52,254 nucleotides of DNA, taken from the IMG/VR virus record IMGVR_UViG_3300024344_000020, positions 1-52,254 of that record. One strand, 5' to 3'. Shown piece after piece: positions 10,101 to 18,725 of this stretch. Position numbers and translations under genes: made by a program. This stretch comes from a virus. Lineage: Duplodnaviria; Caudoviricetes. The notes below the pieces were generated by a model. That model saw only the letters and a list, made by a program, of their open reading frames with translations. It had not been told where the DNA came from and did not search any database. The first letter of the stretch is position 1, and every line of letters begins with the position of its first letter.

Positions 10101-13100
10101 CAGGGATAAGACTACTTGGAATGTAGATAAAGATACTAAAGTATTTCTTAACTTAGGTAAAGATAATGTAGGTATACAATACAGACGTTCTTTTAATAAA
10201 GGGGGTGAAGTATCCCAAAACACACTTCCAATATCTACAGAGTCTCAAATCTTAGTTGATAATGAAAATGTACCGTTTGTTGATAGGATTATTAATCCAC
10301 AAGATTATCCATACCCCGATGAAAATAAAGATGGCAGCATATCTACGCACCTATTATCTGCTGAGGTTGACGAGGATGGCTCTGCTTACGTCTTTCCTAC
10401 AAAGGTGTACCAAGATAAGGGTTATAAAACTTATACCGAGAATGAGCGTTTTCAGGCGTTAGAGGATGCTAAGGCTGCAGGCAATGCTATTAAGTTTGAT
10501 GATATTGATAAGGCTGTAGACTTCTCTAAGAACTATAAGACTGATGCGTTTAAAAAATACTATAGACGTAAGCCTTTAACAGAGGATGTAACTAGTAACT
10601 TAGATAAGATATATAATACTCCTTCCAACATAGGAGATGCTTGGGGAAAGAGAGCTCTTAATATGCAAGAGACTATACAGAGAGCTAAGAAAGGAGATAT
10701 TAATGCACTTAAATTTGCGTATCATATCTTTGGAGATTTATTTGGTGGTGCTTGGGATACGGGTGGTGAGTTAATAGGTACTACTACAGATACCGCTAGG
10801 GTTAATGCTCGTTATACTTTCCCTGATGCTTATAGTATGGTTGCTGATACTCTAAATTCAGCGGGTAAAAAAGCACTTGAAACAGATATTGCCCAGAAAG
10901 GATTAAAAACCGCAGGTGATATCTATGAATGGTATCAAAGTTATAAGGAAGAAGACCCTATTGGTGCTAAAGATTTAGAAGCTGGTGCTAATCTATTCCC
11001 ACTTGCCTTCCTAAAATTTAAGGGGTTAAATAATCAGATGGATGATTTAAACATCCCTAATAAGAAAGATAATGTGTTAGAGGGTGAGGTACTTTCTCCT
11101 GAAACTTCTAAGTATCAATTTAAACCTAACTCAGATACACCACATATAGATGTTAATACTACTGAGCGTTTTAAATATATAGGTGAGAAAGCTCAGAGTG
11201 ATATGCACGATGTTAATAAACTATTTAATCCTGATGTTATCAATAAGGCTTTACAGAGTACAGATAAGAATACTAATGTTGTTTATATGACACCTGGGCA
11301 GTTCTTAACTCTAGCTAAAACACATACCTCTACTTCTGAAACAAAGAAACTTGATAGAGTTAACAAAGCTATTAATGATGGTAAGCAACTAGAAGATATA
11401 CCTACGTTAACAATGACAGTAGTTAAAGGTACAGATTCTAAGGTAACTAACCACGATGGTAGACATAGGGCTATGGCACTTGAAGGTTTAGGGATAGGAC
11501 TTATACCTGTTAGAGTAGTAACAGAAGGAGTTAAAGAAGGTGTACATCTAAGGACGGTTACGAATGAAGATGGTAATGAAGTTTATTCATTCCCTCATAG
11601 TGCAGTTTATAATAGACAACACTATGGTGATACTAAGACAATAGAAAATAAGCGTTATAGTTTAAAGGATAATAGTGAACTTGTGGCATTAGCTGAAGGT
11701 CTAACAGAGTCTGGTGGTTTTAAATATAAGTTACCTACTATGTTACTTGACCTAACAGTTAAAGAAAAGATAGCACCTAGTAAACCTTCTCACTGGAAAT
11801 ATACTATTAGTCGTTGGGCTAAGAAAGGTAAGATTAAGAAAGAGGAGTTAGAGGATTCTAGAATTATGAATTGGTTAGAATCCCAAGACAAAGAGACTAA
11901 GATATCCACTGAAGATATCTTTACTTTTATGCAAGAGAACTCCCCAATGCTTAAGACATACACAAGTAAGGTACAATCTAAAGCTGATATGGAGTGGTTG
12001 AATAAGCAACCGTTATACCAAAAGAAAACTAAGTTACAAGAAGAGTATCACAACAAGTTGGGAGAAGTGGCGTACCTACAGGAAGCAGCAAACATAAGCA
12101 GTGAATTATCTCCTATTCACACTGCCCTTATAAAAGAAACTGCTGACTGGGTACATCACGTTTCTGTAGAGGATGTAATGACTCCTGGTTATAATTCATA
12201 TATTACCGCCACGAGTGACCCTGAAATATACGCATTTCTCCTTAAGTCACCATATAATAAAAAAGCTATTAAGGCGGAACGAATTAATGCTAAGTTACTT
12301 AATGATACTGATAGTATATTTCATCCAGATAACGCATCTGAATTTAAACCTAACGATATAGTTCCATATATGTTAGGACAAAGTAGCCCAGAAAAAAGAA
12401 ATGGATACATTGCTCAAGCGATTATTGAAAGACTTAATCAAGCATATATAAGAGCACCTGAGGGGCGTAGACGTAAAGAACTGCTAGGTAACTACGTAGA
12501 TATTATGCTAGCTAGTTTAAAAGCTAAACTAACTAAAGATACTTTTGAATATGAAAAAGGTACTAAGCTACGTAAATTATCTAAAGAAGCGATGGAAAGA
12601 ACAGCAGGCGATGTATCAGCGAATACTTGGGGTACGTTTGCACTACCTAATATGCGTGGTAAGCCTGTAACTATTCTTGTTCAATCTAAAGTAGGTAAAG
12701 AAGACAGACTTAAAAAACTTAAAGACTTTCGTGATATTGTAGCTAAATACTCAGCAAGCAGCTGGGGTGATAAGGTGGATGGGATTTCAACCTTAAGAGA
12801 TAGAATTGATAGGTTGGAAAAAGACAGAGATACTAATCCTGCAGACCAACGTCTATTTCCTATATCACGTCTACTGAAAGAAAAACGTTTCTTGAAAGAA
12901 AGACTGGCTACTTTTAAAAAGGAAACAGGTGTTGCTTGGGACGATAGACATAACTACATAGATAATGTTGAAACTGATATATATAAAGAGCCTCATTGGA
13001 CTGGAACATATGGTGAATCACCTCTTAAGAAAGGTATCCCACAAGAGAATATCTTTATGCATATTAGAGGTAACATCATTAAGCAAGATAGTTTAGGTAG

Positions 13101-13923
13101 AGGCAATGGTTTGTTTATTACTGAACAACAAGCTCAACCACATCAAGAAGCTATGGGGCATAAGATAAATTTTGAAAATCTAGCTGAGCTATCTCCTGAG
13201 TTAAGGAATATTAGTGGTTATGCTAAGACAGGTATAGGTGTTGAAGTACGTGAGCTTATTGATAAACGTGATAAGATTCAAAAAGCTGTTGATAACTTAT
13301 GGGATAAAGCACAGAAAGCAACTCTATCCGAAGAGTATTCCAAGACTGATTTGCCAGTTAGTGAACACCCTATGTTTAAGAAAGTCTCTAAGCTAGTTGA
13401 ACCACTAGATAAAGAAATAGCTGATATTGATTTACAATTAAAGAAGTTAACAGGTTTACCTGGTAATGAAAGTATGGTTAACGTTATTAATAATACTCTC
13501 CCTGATACTCTATCACACAAGAAAGACTGGACACCGTTAGCAATGAAACAGTCAATCAAGTACGCTATTGATAATAACCTTAACTATCTAGTTCTTCCTA
13601 TTGAGCGTCACACTATAGATGTGATTGAGCAATGGGGAGGAAAAGAACGAGGAGTGATGCAAGCTATCATAGATAGGAACTCTATTTACTCACCACGTGC
13701 TTACCGTGATATTGTTAGGAAATGGGATAAAGATGCTAAACCGTTTGAAAGTGAATACATAGATAGAGATGGTAATGGTGATTGGGGAGAAACGGATATA
13801 CACAAAGTTATCGTACTCCCAATCACTGAGGCTATTAAGAAAGGATTTAAGGAAGATGGGTTATTAGCGTATCGTAGAGGTGGCTTAGTTACACAGATGA
13901 AAGCTCTGACTCTAAGTGCTTAA
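7108..13923 (+). CDS. Giant multi-domain internal virion (ejection / polyvalent) protein
   Basis: 2271 aa, last gene of the virion arm. Helical N-terminal about 950 aa, followed by appended modules including a ParB/Srx-like segment (VYMTPGQFL...NHDGRHRAMAL...IPVRV). Modules are delimited by [FY]xxGG motifs. Confidence 0.65.
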   Translation: MTILLSQEDLDTYGETTEIEQTEVAPVVEDTNNVVLSQDDLEKFGGITKSQTTAHIDEASDPLFQDDEVSMGTKFAYGFQKQPTDVENLAIYLEAKYPMPGWSTSHTLPSKEGSSFFKSVDELYGEGFEDKPEDERRELIQQYRQEYIAREYPVLSAKEKTEGSEYDRSWSEAVGAFTGLLATPTTLVPIGHTYKAASGIGALLGFSYGVTEGLAEKGEVDWNTTGTYTAGGAVLSPLMIWGGRQFTTRFKKAMDTRNLKKQTKSAEELINTYDSLVYEAVHKGETDPTLLFKRLNQMLGVTNDDLTQAAKLAERKIYVPTKKEADLYFETIAHVEGKAAKPGGGFDEYLGVLSTRVKNINVPIWHRLRKLEYNQHARLHTNYTEVAPFLEGLSKVKGPEKDALILSLYNGKNRQVEALLKKQGNMELLDAFKATQQTLNKLHQEATDAGLTLGYKENYFPRIVKDVDGMQQYFGKDRRDEILRMIEDAAIAKGEILTKAEQADVVNNYLIGKKYLVGGKFTAFNKERKIEIVTPELLKFYENPEQALHTYIRRVVSETEKKKFFGNAWEKGGLDSTDIDESIGRLLLEERRIGNVAPGDATELGRLLQLRFGPGEQGPKKWIQASKSILYAQTLGNPVSAVTQLGDIFLSSYKNGIKPTVQALLSKKKIKLADYGFTDIAEEFASKTRTAEFMRKTFKWGGFSRVDRLGKETLLNSSFLKYTKEVSTPAGMKAFRKKWRKAFGDDINELAENLKNGNVDNDQVRLLLWHDLSDMQPISLSEMPAKYLASPDGRALYMLKTFTIKQFDIMRRDAFQLMKNKETRAEGVKNLIKYATIFTAGNMTSDSIKSWMLGREYDIEDSSLNSLWRLIGLSKYSGEQLGDKPLDVIWGLAKPPINIWGDMLSAAQDAMDFDDDTEASDKWVKGVPIVGKPVYEHLLGGKEEYQDKMDKQRRGFRRGGIVAQANRLGFNEGGNVQKNPCEGKEGLALQMCNLKQEVRDKTTWNVDKDTKVFLNLGKDNVGIQYRRSFNKGGEVSQNTLPISTESQILVDNENVPFVDRIINPQDYPYPDENKDGSISTHLLSAEVDEDGSAYVFPTKVYQDKGYKTYTENERFQALEDAKAAGNAIKFDDIDKAVDFSKNYKTDAFKKYYRRKPLTEDVTSNLDKIYNTPSNIGDAWGKRALNMQETIQRAKKGDINALKFAYHIFGDLFGGAWDTGGELIGTTTDTARVNARYTFPDAYSMVADTLNSAGKKALETDIAQKGLKTAGDIYEWYQSYKEEDPIGAKDLEAGANLFPLAFLKFKGLNNQMDDLNIPNKKDNVLEGEVLSPETSKYQFKPNSDTPHIDVNTTERFKYIGEKAQSDMHDVNKLFNPDVINKALQSTDKNTNVVYMTPGQFLTLAKTHTSTSETKKLDRVNKAINDGKQLEDIPTLTMTVVKGTDSKVTNHDGRHRAMALEGLGIGLIPVRVVTEGVKEGVHLRTVTNEDGNEVYSFPHSAVYNRQHYGDTKTIENKRYSLKDNSELVALAEGLTESGGFKYKLPTMLLDLTVKEKIAPSKPSHWKYTISRWAKKGKIKKEELEDSRIMNWLESQDKETKISTEDIFTFMQENSPMLKTYTSKVQSKADMEWLNKQPLYQKKTKLQEEYHNKLGEVAYLQEAANISSELSPIHTALIKETADWVHHVSVEDVMTPGYNSYITATSDPEIYAFLLKSPYNKKAIKAERINAKLLNDTDSIFHPDNASEFKPNDIVPYMLGQSSPEKRNGYIAQAIIERLNQAYIRAPEGRRRKELLGNYVDIMLASLKAKLTKDTFEYEKGTKLRKLSKEAMERTAGDVSANTWGTFALPNMRGKPVTILVQSKVGKEDRLKKLKDFRDIVAKYSASSWGDKVDGISTLRDRIDRLEKDRDTNPADQRLFPISRLLKEKRFLKERLATFKKETGVAWDDRHNYIDNVETDIYKEPHWTGTYGESPLKKGIPQENIFMHIRGNIIKQDSLGRGNGLFITEQQAQPHQEAMGHKINFENLAELSPELRNISGYAKTGIGVEVRELIDKRDKIQKAVDNLWDKAQKATLSEEYSKTDLPVSEHPMFKKVSKLVEPLDKEIADIDLQLKKLTGLPGNESMVNVINNTLPDTLSHKKDWTPLAMKQSIKYAIDNNLNYLVLPIERHTIDVIEQWGGKERGVMQAIIDRNSIYSPRAYRDIVRKWDKDAKPFESEYIDRDGNGDWGETDIHKVIVLPITEAIKKGFKEDGLLAYRRGGLVTQMKALTLSA

Positions 13924-14098
13924 CCAACTCATCTAACTTATGATTACACTCCCTAATAAGGACACTATATAAGTTCTTATCGGAGAAGTCTTTAAATACA
14001 TTATCAACTTCCTCTAAAGGCAGACCACTTAGTTCAACGGTGATTCTGCCTTTCTTATCTAAGAGTACTTGAAATCCTACTAGCTTAGCTTCACTCAT
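13889..14098 (-). CDS. Small hypothetical protein, last gene of the minus-strand arm
   Basis: 69 aa; start overlaps the stop of the methyltransferase (ATGA coupling); overlaps the giant gene tail-to-tail by 35 bp. Confidence 0.6.
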   Translation of the reverse strand: MSEAKLVGFQVLLDKKGRITVELSGLPLEEVDNVFKDFSDKNLYSVLIRECNHKLDELVKHLESELSSV

Positions 14099-14682
14099 AG
14101 TTGTAAGTAAACATCCAAGTTACCTGCTGTATCCTTACCATCTGATAAATCATACTCTAGTACTTCAATGCTATGTTCCTTAAATTTATCTAACCACCAA
14201 GTAGATGGTTTAACTGTTAGATGTAGTGCTTTAGTTATGTCGTGTTGTCCTCTTGCATCTAAATACAAGGCAATACGCACAACTGCTTTACCCTTAGGTG
14301 CAGCACGTTTCATATTCTCTAATAGATTATCAATACTCTTAGGTGGTAAGTGCTCAAACACATCACAAGAATAGATGAAGTCAAACTCTCTATCAAAGTC
14401 TTGTAGCTCACCTAAGTCCATAACATATCTATACCCCTCTAATTCAGGAAAAGATAGTGAGTTATCTGCTATGTCAGTACCGTAACAATCAACACCTTTA
14501 TCCCTAAAATGTTTAATAACGTGACCTTCACCAGAACCAAACTCGATAAGAGATTTGATAGCTACTAACTTGTTGGATACATTAAACTTATTCTGTGTTA
14601 TAAAATTAATACCTGGTTGGTGCTTTCTATACTGCCCATCCTTATATAAGTCTTGATACTTAGACTGTTCTTCTTTGTTCAT
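14095..14682 (-). CDS. Class I SAM-dependent methyltransferase
   Basis: Motif I LIEFGSGEG, acidic motif II YGTDIA, and FDFIYSCDVFEHL typical of small-molecule/glycan methyltransferases. Confidence 0.85.
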   Translation of the reverse strand: MNKEEQSKYQDLYKDGQYRKHQPGINFITQNKFNVSNKLVAIKSLIEFGSGEGHVIKHFRDKGVDCYGTDIADNSLSFPELEGYRYVMDLGELQDFDREFDFIYSCDVFEHLPPKSIDNLLENMKRAAPKGKAVVRIALYLDARGQHDITKALHLTVKPSTWWLDKFKEHSIEVLEYDLSDGKDTAGNLDVYLQL

Positions 14683-15353
14683 TTGTTATCCCTATATAGT
14701 GTAGCATTTAATTCCTCAAACCATTCAGAAGCGTACTCAACATCTACATACTCATTAAAGTACGGGCCTCCTAATGTATAATGTACTAGCTTAGCATCTT
14801 CTCTAGGCTCATCATAACCTACTAGATGATTCCATTCATTAGGTATTTCACCTATAAGGTTATCATCTCCTAACCATTTGAATTGATGTAGGTCTAAACC
14901 ACTAGCTGTGTTTACATATTTCAACGATAAGCTCTTACATTTACTGTTGTTAAATAACACAGCACTAGACCAATTCTTTTTATCGTACTTAGTCTGTGTT
15001 GCACCTAAGAACTTAACAGTTTCTTTAGGTACGTGATTATGTTTAACACACATCACTGCATACTTATCGTCACAGTAATCAAACAACTTATCTATATCAT
15101 CCAACACTAACATATCACAGTCAATGAATAATGACCACCCTTCGTAGTTAGATAGATAAGGTGTTAAGAATCTAGAGAAACTAAAGTCTGTAGATTGTAG
15201 TTCGTTCTTATCTCTATTGAAGATATCTTCTAAGTTGTCTAGCTTGATGGGTGTAATAGATATAGGTTGTGTAGCACGATTTAAGATACTGTGTGCTAGT
15301 ACGTGGTACGCTACTGCTTCTCTACTATCATAACCTATAAATATATTTAACAT
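14679..15353 (-). CDS. GT-A fold glycosyltransferase (GT8/CDI-like)
   Basis: IFIGYDSRE, STDFSFSRFL, DxD motif (FIDCDML), KNWSS and LVHYTLGGP motifs. Confidence 0.85.
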   Translation of the reverse strand: MLNIFIGYDSREAVAYHVLAHSILNRATQPISITPIKLDNLEDIFNRDKNELQSTDFSFSRFLTPYLSNYEGWSLFIDCDMLVLDDIDKLFDYCDDKYAVMCVKHNHVPKETVKFLGATQTKYDKKNWSSAVLFNNSKCKSLSLKYVNTASGLDLHQFKWLGDDNLIGEIPNEWNHLVGYDEPREDAKLVHYTLGGPYFNEYVDVEYASEWFEELNATLYRDNK

Positions 15354-15559
15354 TATGTTCCCTTCTTTAGTGCTCTGATATCTCTCTCGTATGCATCTCT
15401 TAGTTCGTACATCTGATATAGATGTTCTTCATACTTCTCTGAATTAACTACGTCCATCTCTAATGCAAAGATACCCCTCTCTAAATTCTCAAGGTTCTTC
15501 TTAACTACTTCGATATCAGATATATCTAGTTCTTGAACTTGTAACGTCTCAGGCTTCAT
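15353..15559 (-). CDS. Hypothetical protein
   Basis: 68 aa, coupled to both neighbours (stop overlaps the glycosyltransferase start). Confidence 0.55.
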   Translation of the reverse strand: MKPETLQVQELDISDIEVVKKNLENLERGIFALEMDVVNSEKYEEHLYQMYELRDAYERDIRALKKGT

Positions 15560-15866
15560 TTTCTAGTTCTCTTATTTCATTCTTAAGATGTGCTATCTTA
15601 ATATGTTTATCGTTGTCTTGTCTATAAGCAAGTAAGGTATCAATAAGACTATCAATGTTCTCAAACCTGAACGGTATATATCTACCTATACTATCTTCAA
15701 TACAGAACTCATCGTTACCATTAAGACCTATTCTGAAACCATCTACTAAATTATTCTCAGACCAATCAAAGAACTGACCACCAGCTACATACTTCTTCTT
15801 ATCTGTTAGTATGTTATATTGTAGTGGTGCTTCATCTCTTAAACTTTGTATTGTTACTACTGACAT
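15549..15866 (-). CDS. Hypothetical protein
   Basis: 105 aa with GGAGG RBS, downstream of the promoter at 15959-15987. Confidence 0.65.
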   Translation of the reverse strand: MSVVTIQSLRDEAPLQYNILTDKKKYVAGGQFFDWSENNLVDGFRIGLNGNDEFCIEDSIGRYIPFRFENIDSLIDTLLAYRQDNDKHIKIAHLKNEIRELENEA

Positions 15867-15958
15867 ATTATCCTCCTTGATTCATTGAATGTAAGATACC
15901 TATAATTATTGTTGTTATTAATATTGTTGTGTACATATTATCTATCCATAAAAATTCT

Positions 15959-15987
15959 ACTATACCATAAAATATATCCATTGTCAA
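15959..15987 (-). promoter_or_regulatory. Sigma70-type promoter for the glycosyltransferase/methyltransferase operon
   Basis: Minus strand TTGACA (15987-15982), 17-bp spacer, TATAGT (15964-15959), with TGn extension. Confidence 0.75.
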
Positions 15988-16424
15988 CTCCTAAAGCTAT
16001 CTTTATTTCTTTTCCAGTCATTTCTCATACCTATACATAAGTTACTTGATTGTTTATAGTTATCTAATACAACACACTCTATGTGCGTAAAGCCACCATA
16101 CTTAGCCATATGGAGACGTTTACACCCACACCTTACTTGGGGTACTACTTCAGAAGAAACGTCTGGATATGGAAGGATATCAGGCTCTGGGATAGGGTGC
16201 GTCATCTGTGCCCATTCTTCTCTACTAACAGGTGCAACAACTATAGGATTTTTCATTCCCTCTGCTTCAATAGATTTTAGTACAGCTTGATAGTTAATGT
16301 TGTACTCTTTCTTATGAGGTAACTCATTGATATAATAATCTATATCTACATAAGGATATAGAGTATCAATAGCTACTATCTCTGTGTTACCCCACTCAGT
16401 AGCCCTTGACTTTAATATCTTCAT
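15984..16424 (-). CDS. ParB/Sulfiredoxin-like N-terminal domain protein
   Basis: VLKSIEAEGMKNPIVV...VRCGCKRLHMAK..GFTHIECVV matches the ParB-N layout (SIxxxGxxxPIxV...G.R..A), with a divergent Arg patch. Confidence 0.6.
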   Translation of the reverse strand: MKILKSRATEWGNTEIVAIDTLYPYVDIDYYINELPHKKEYNINYQAVLKSIEAEGMKNPIVVAPVSREEWAQMTHPIPEPDILPYPDVSSEVVPQVRCGCKRLHMAKYGGFTHIECVVLDNYKQSSNLCIGMRNDWKRNKDSFRS

Positions 16425-16816
16425 CGTGTAGCTACTGCATCAGTAATAGGTATGTACGCTATCTCTTTATCTATCCAATCCTTACGACCAAAGTCTGTTT
16501 GAGCAGGTAGCTTCTTAGTAAACCAATTAATGTTTAACTTATTAGGATGAAACAAGTAGACAGTTTCCTTACCATCCTTAGGCATACTAACAGCGTAGAT
16601 AAACTTATAGTTGTTATCGTTAGCGTACTTAGTATTCCAATCGTACTTCATCTTCTCAATAAGTGTATCATCATAGAATGTACGTCTACATTTAATCTCT
16701 AACATAACGCCGTGCTCTTCACAGAACGCATCATATCGTGAGTAGTTATCCTTTTCTTTCTTAAATGTATACTTACTTGTGTTGTTTAATAAATCTATTA
16801 CTTGTTGTTCGTTCAT
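16421..16816 (-). CDS. PD-(D/E)xK nuclease-like protein
   Basis: SRYDA...MLEIKCR motif. Confidence 0.55.
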   Translation of the reverse strand: MNEQQVIDLLNNTSKYTFKKEKDNYSRYDAFCEEHGVMLEIKCRRTFYDDTLIEKMKYDWNTKYANDNNYKFIYAVSMPKDGKETVYLFHPNKLNINWFTKKLPAQTDFGRKDWIDKEIAYIPITDAVATR

Positions 16817-17196
16817 AGTATCTCCATATTAAATGTAATTCTTCCATCAGTAGACCAATACTTCCTGGCTCTAATCATAACTATTTGTTTATCATTATCA
16901 TAATACTTACCTTCTAATGAATCAAGTGCTGCCTTAACATAGTTATCTATGTCAGCATTATTATCACACAACTTACCATCCTTCTCTAATGTCTTCTTCT
17001 TAGACCAAGACTTAGGTATCTGTACAAAGAAGTCTAACTTCACATATAATAAAGCATCAGTAGGTTCTACATCGTAACCTTCTAGTAGTTCTTTAAACTC
17101 ATCTCTGAATGCTTGATACTTCTTAGGAAAGTAAGTAGCCCATCTGGTTACTCTAGCTCTGCTCGCTACTACAGGTGCTATTGGAAATGTTATCAT
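16813..17196 (-). CDS. rusA: RusA-like Holliday junction resolvase
   Basis: DIDNYVKAALDSL...YDNDKQIV signature of the RusA family; PKSWSKKK segment. Confidence 0.85.
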   Translation of the reverse strand: MITFPIAPVVASRARVTRWATYFPKKYQAFRDEFKELLEGYDVEPTDALLYVKLDFFVQIPKSWSKKKTLEKDGKLCDNNADIDNYVKAALDSLEGKYYDNDKQIVMIRARKYWSTDGRITFNMEIL

Positions 17197-17219
17197 TATT
17201 TATTTTCTTTCATCTTATG

Positions 17220-17606
17220 CTATACCTTACACTTAATACCATCATCATTAGCTACTTCCCATTCTTCACCAGCATCTACACAAGCCTGCTCTAGGTTAGA
17301 CCAATACTTCTCCTCGTCTCGCTCCCTATCGATAAAGTCAATAAGAATCTGAGTGATACCTACTTGTATTAAAGCATCTACGTCATCGTCATCAATCTCT
17401 ACTGTTAGCCTATTCTCTTTGGAGTCTAAGTTTACAGCCACTGGATGCTCAGGGTCTACAACAATAAACTGTTCTAGCTTACCCTCACGTGCTGAATTAA
17501 CTAGAGCTTGTAGTCCTTTCTTGAATAGGTGCTGTTGCTCTTCCTCTGTTACATCACTGACTGTGAAGTCGTTAGTTTTACTATCTTCTACTTCTTTAAT
17601 TATCAT
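17220..17606 (-). CDS. Acidic hypothetical protein
   Basis: 128 aa ORF with AGGAG RBS in the minus-strand operon. Confidence 0.6.
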   Translation of the reverse strand: MIIKEVEDSKTNDFTVSDVTEEEQQHLFKKGLQALVNSAREGKLEQFIVVDPEHPVAVNLDSKENRLTVEIDDDDVDALIQVGITQILIDFIDRERDEEKYWSNLEQACVDAGEEWEVANDDGIKCKV

Positions 17607-17722
17607 CTTTATTCTCCTTTAACTTGTCTATCTCATCATATACGTCTTGTATCACAAAGCTCAGTTTCATTAGAGCCTCAGACAAAACCTCTACCCTGTC
17701 TAGTAGTAGTGACTCTTCTTCG

Positions 17723-18097
17723 TTAGTCATCTTTATTCTCCTCTGGTTTGTTTACCTTATCACCGTGTACTGTACACCCTCCACTGTATACATAATACCC
17801 ATAAGGATAGTTATCATTATTATCCATCTTAGGACAACTACAAGCAGGGAAGTTCCAGAACTTAATCTTGTTGTCATCCCTATCAAATCCCCAGAGGTCT
17901 TGTAGTTCCTGCTCTACTGAGTACCACTCCTTATATAACTCTCTCTGTAAATCGTCCCTAAGCTTACTAGATATAAGTAACTTACCACTCTCCTCAGATA
18001 CTGTAAATATACGTTTCCTATATTCGTGCAGTCCTTCTATCCTATCGATAGTGTTGGCGGATAGTCCTCTGTCTTCTGCTAGTTCTTTGTTAATCAT
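17723..18097 (-). CDS. Hypothetical protein with CxC...CxxH putative metal-binding motif
   Basis: PACSCPKMDN...GCTVHG near the C-terminus. Confidence 0.6.
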   Translation of the reverse strand: MINKELAEDRGLSANTIDRIEGLHEYRKRIFTVSEESGKLLISSKLRDDLQRELYKEWYSVEQELQDLWGFDRDDNKIKFWNFPACSCPKMDNNDNYPYGYYVYSGGCTVHGDKVNKPEENKDD

Positions 18098-18349
18098 CTA
18101 TATCCCCTTAATTCTGAAATCGGTATTATCATATTTGCCATAGTCTTCAAACTCTGATATATCATTTACCGTATACCAACTAGACCACATACCCTCAGGT
18201 TTTCTATCTCGTCTTTCAATCCACTTACCGTCAATATAAGCACATACACATTCCTTTACCATCGCCTTCCTATCTTTTACTTGTACCTCAAGTGCGTTAA
18301 CTCTTATGTTTAACTTTTGAATCTCTTCTACGTAATCAAATTGTTTCAT
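18098..18349 (-). CDS. Hypothetical protein
   Basis: 83 aa, AGGAG RBS, abuts the next gene. Confidence 0.55.
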   Translation of the reverse strand: MKQFDYVEEIQKLNIRVNALEVQVKDRKAMVKECVCAYIDGKWIERRDRKPEGMWSSWYTVNDISEFEDYGKYDNTDFRIKGI

Positions 18350-18351
18350 CT

Positions 18352-18600
18352 TTATTCTCCTAATGGATACTGTTGCTTATAACTACAATCTAACTTATGT
18401 TCCTCTGTACCGTAACACTGAGGACAACTACTGTCCCACTCATACCACTGGTCAGGGTCACTGTATTGTTTGATGACTATCTTATATGCTTCTTGTACTT
18501 CCTCAGTATCAAACTCCAGTGCATTCTCATACGAACTGATTAGTGATAGTCTAACTAACTCATCAGCTTCATCACTGTTTACTTCTATCTCTATCTTCAT
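18352..18600 (-). CDS. Hypothetical protein with CxxC...HxxxC motif
   Basis: 82 aa; CPQCYGTEEHKLDC; GGAG/AGGA RBS. Confidence 0.55.
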   Translation of the reverse strand: MKIEIEVNSDEADELVRLSLISSYENALEFDTEEVQEAYKIVIKQYSDPDQWYEWDSSCPQCYGTEEHKLDCSYKQQYPLGE

Positions 18601-18725
18601 ATCCTACTCCCTTAGTATTAATCACCTTAATGACTCATATCTGAGCTTTAATCCTTGTTAACTAGGACTAATGACTCATATTTAAGTCAAGTAAAGTGTA
18701 CATAAAACTTGACATCCTATATTCA

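Noticed and set aside
18628-18681. Resemblance of TAATGACTCATAT to the T7 promoter TAATACGACTCACTATA
   Set aside because: The match needs gaps, only two adjacent copies exist, they point against the local gene direction, and no single-subunit RNA polymerase gene is present.
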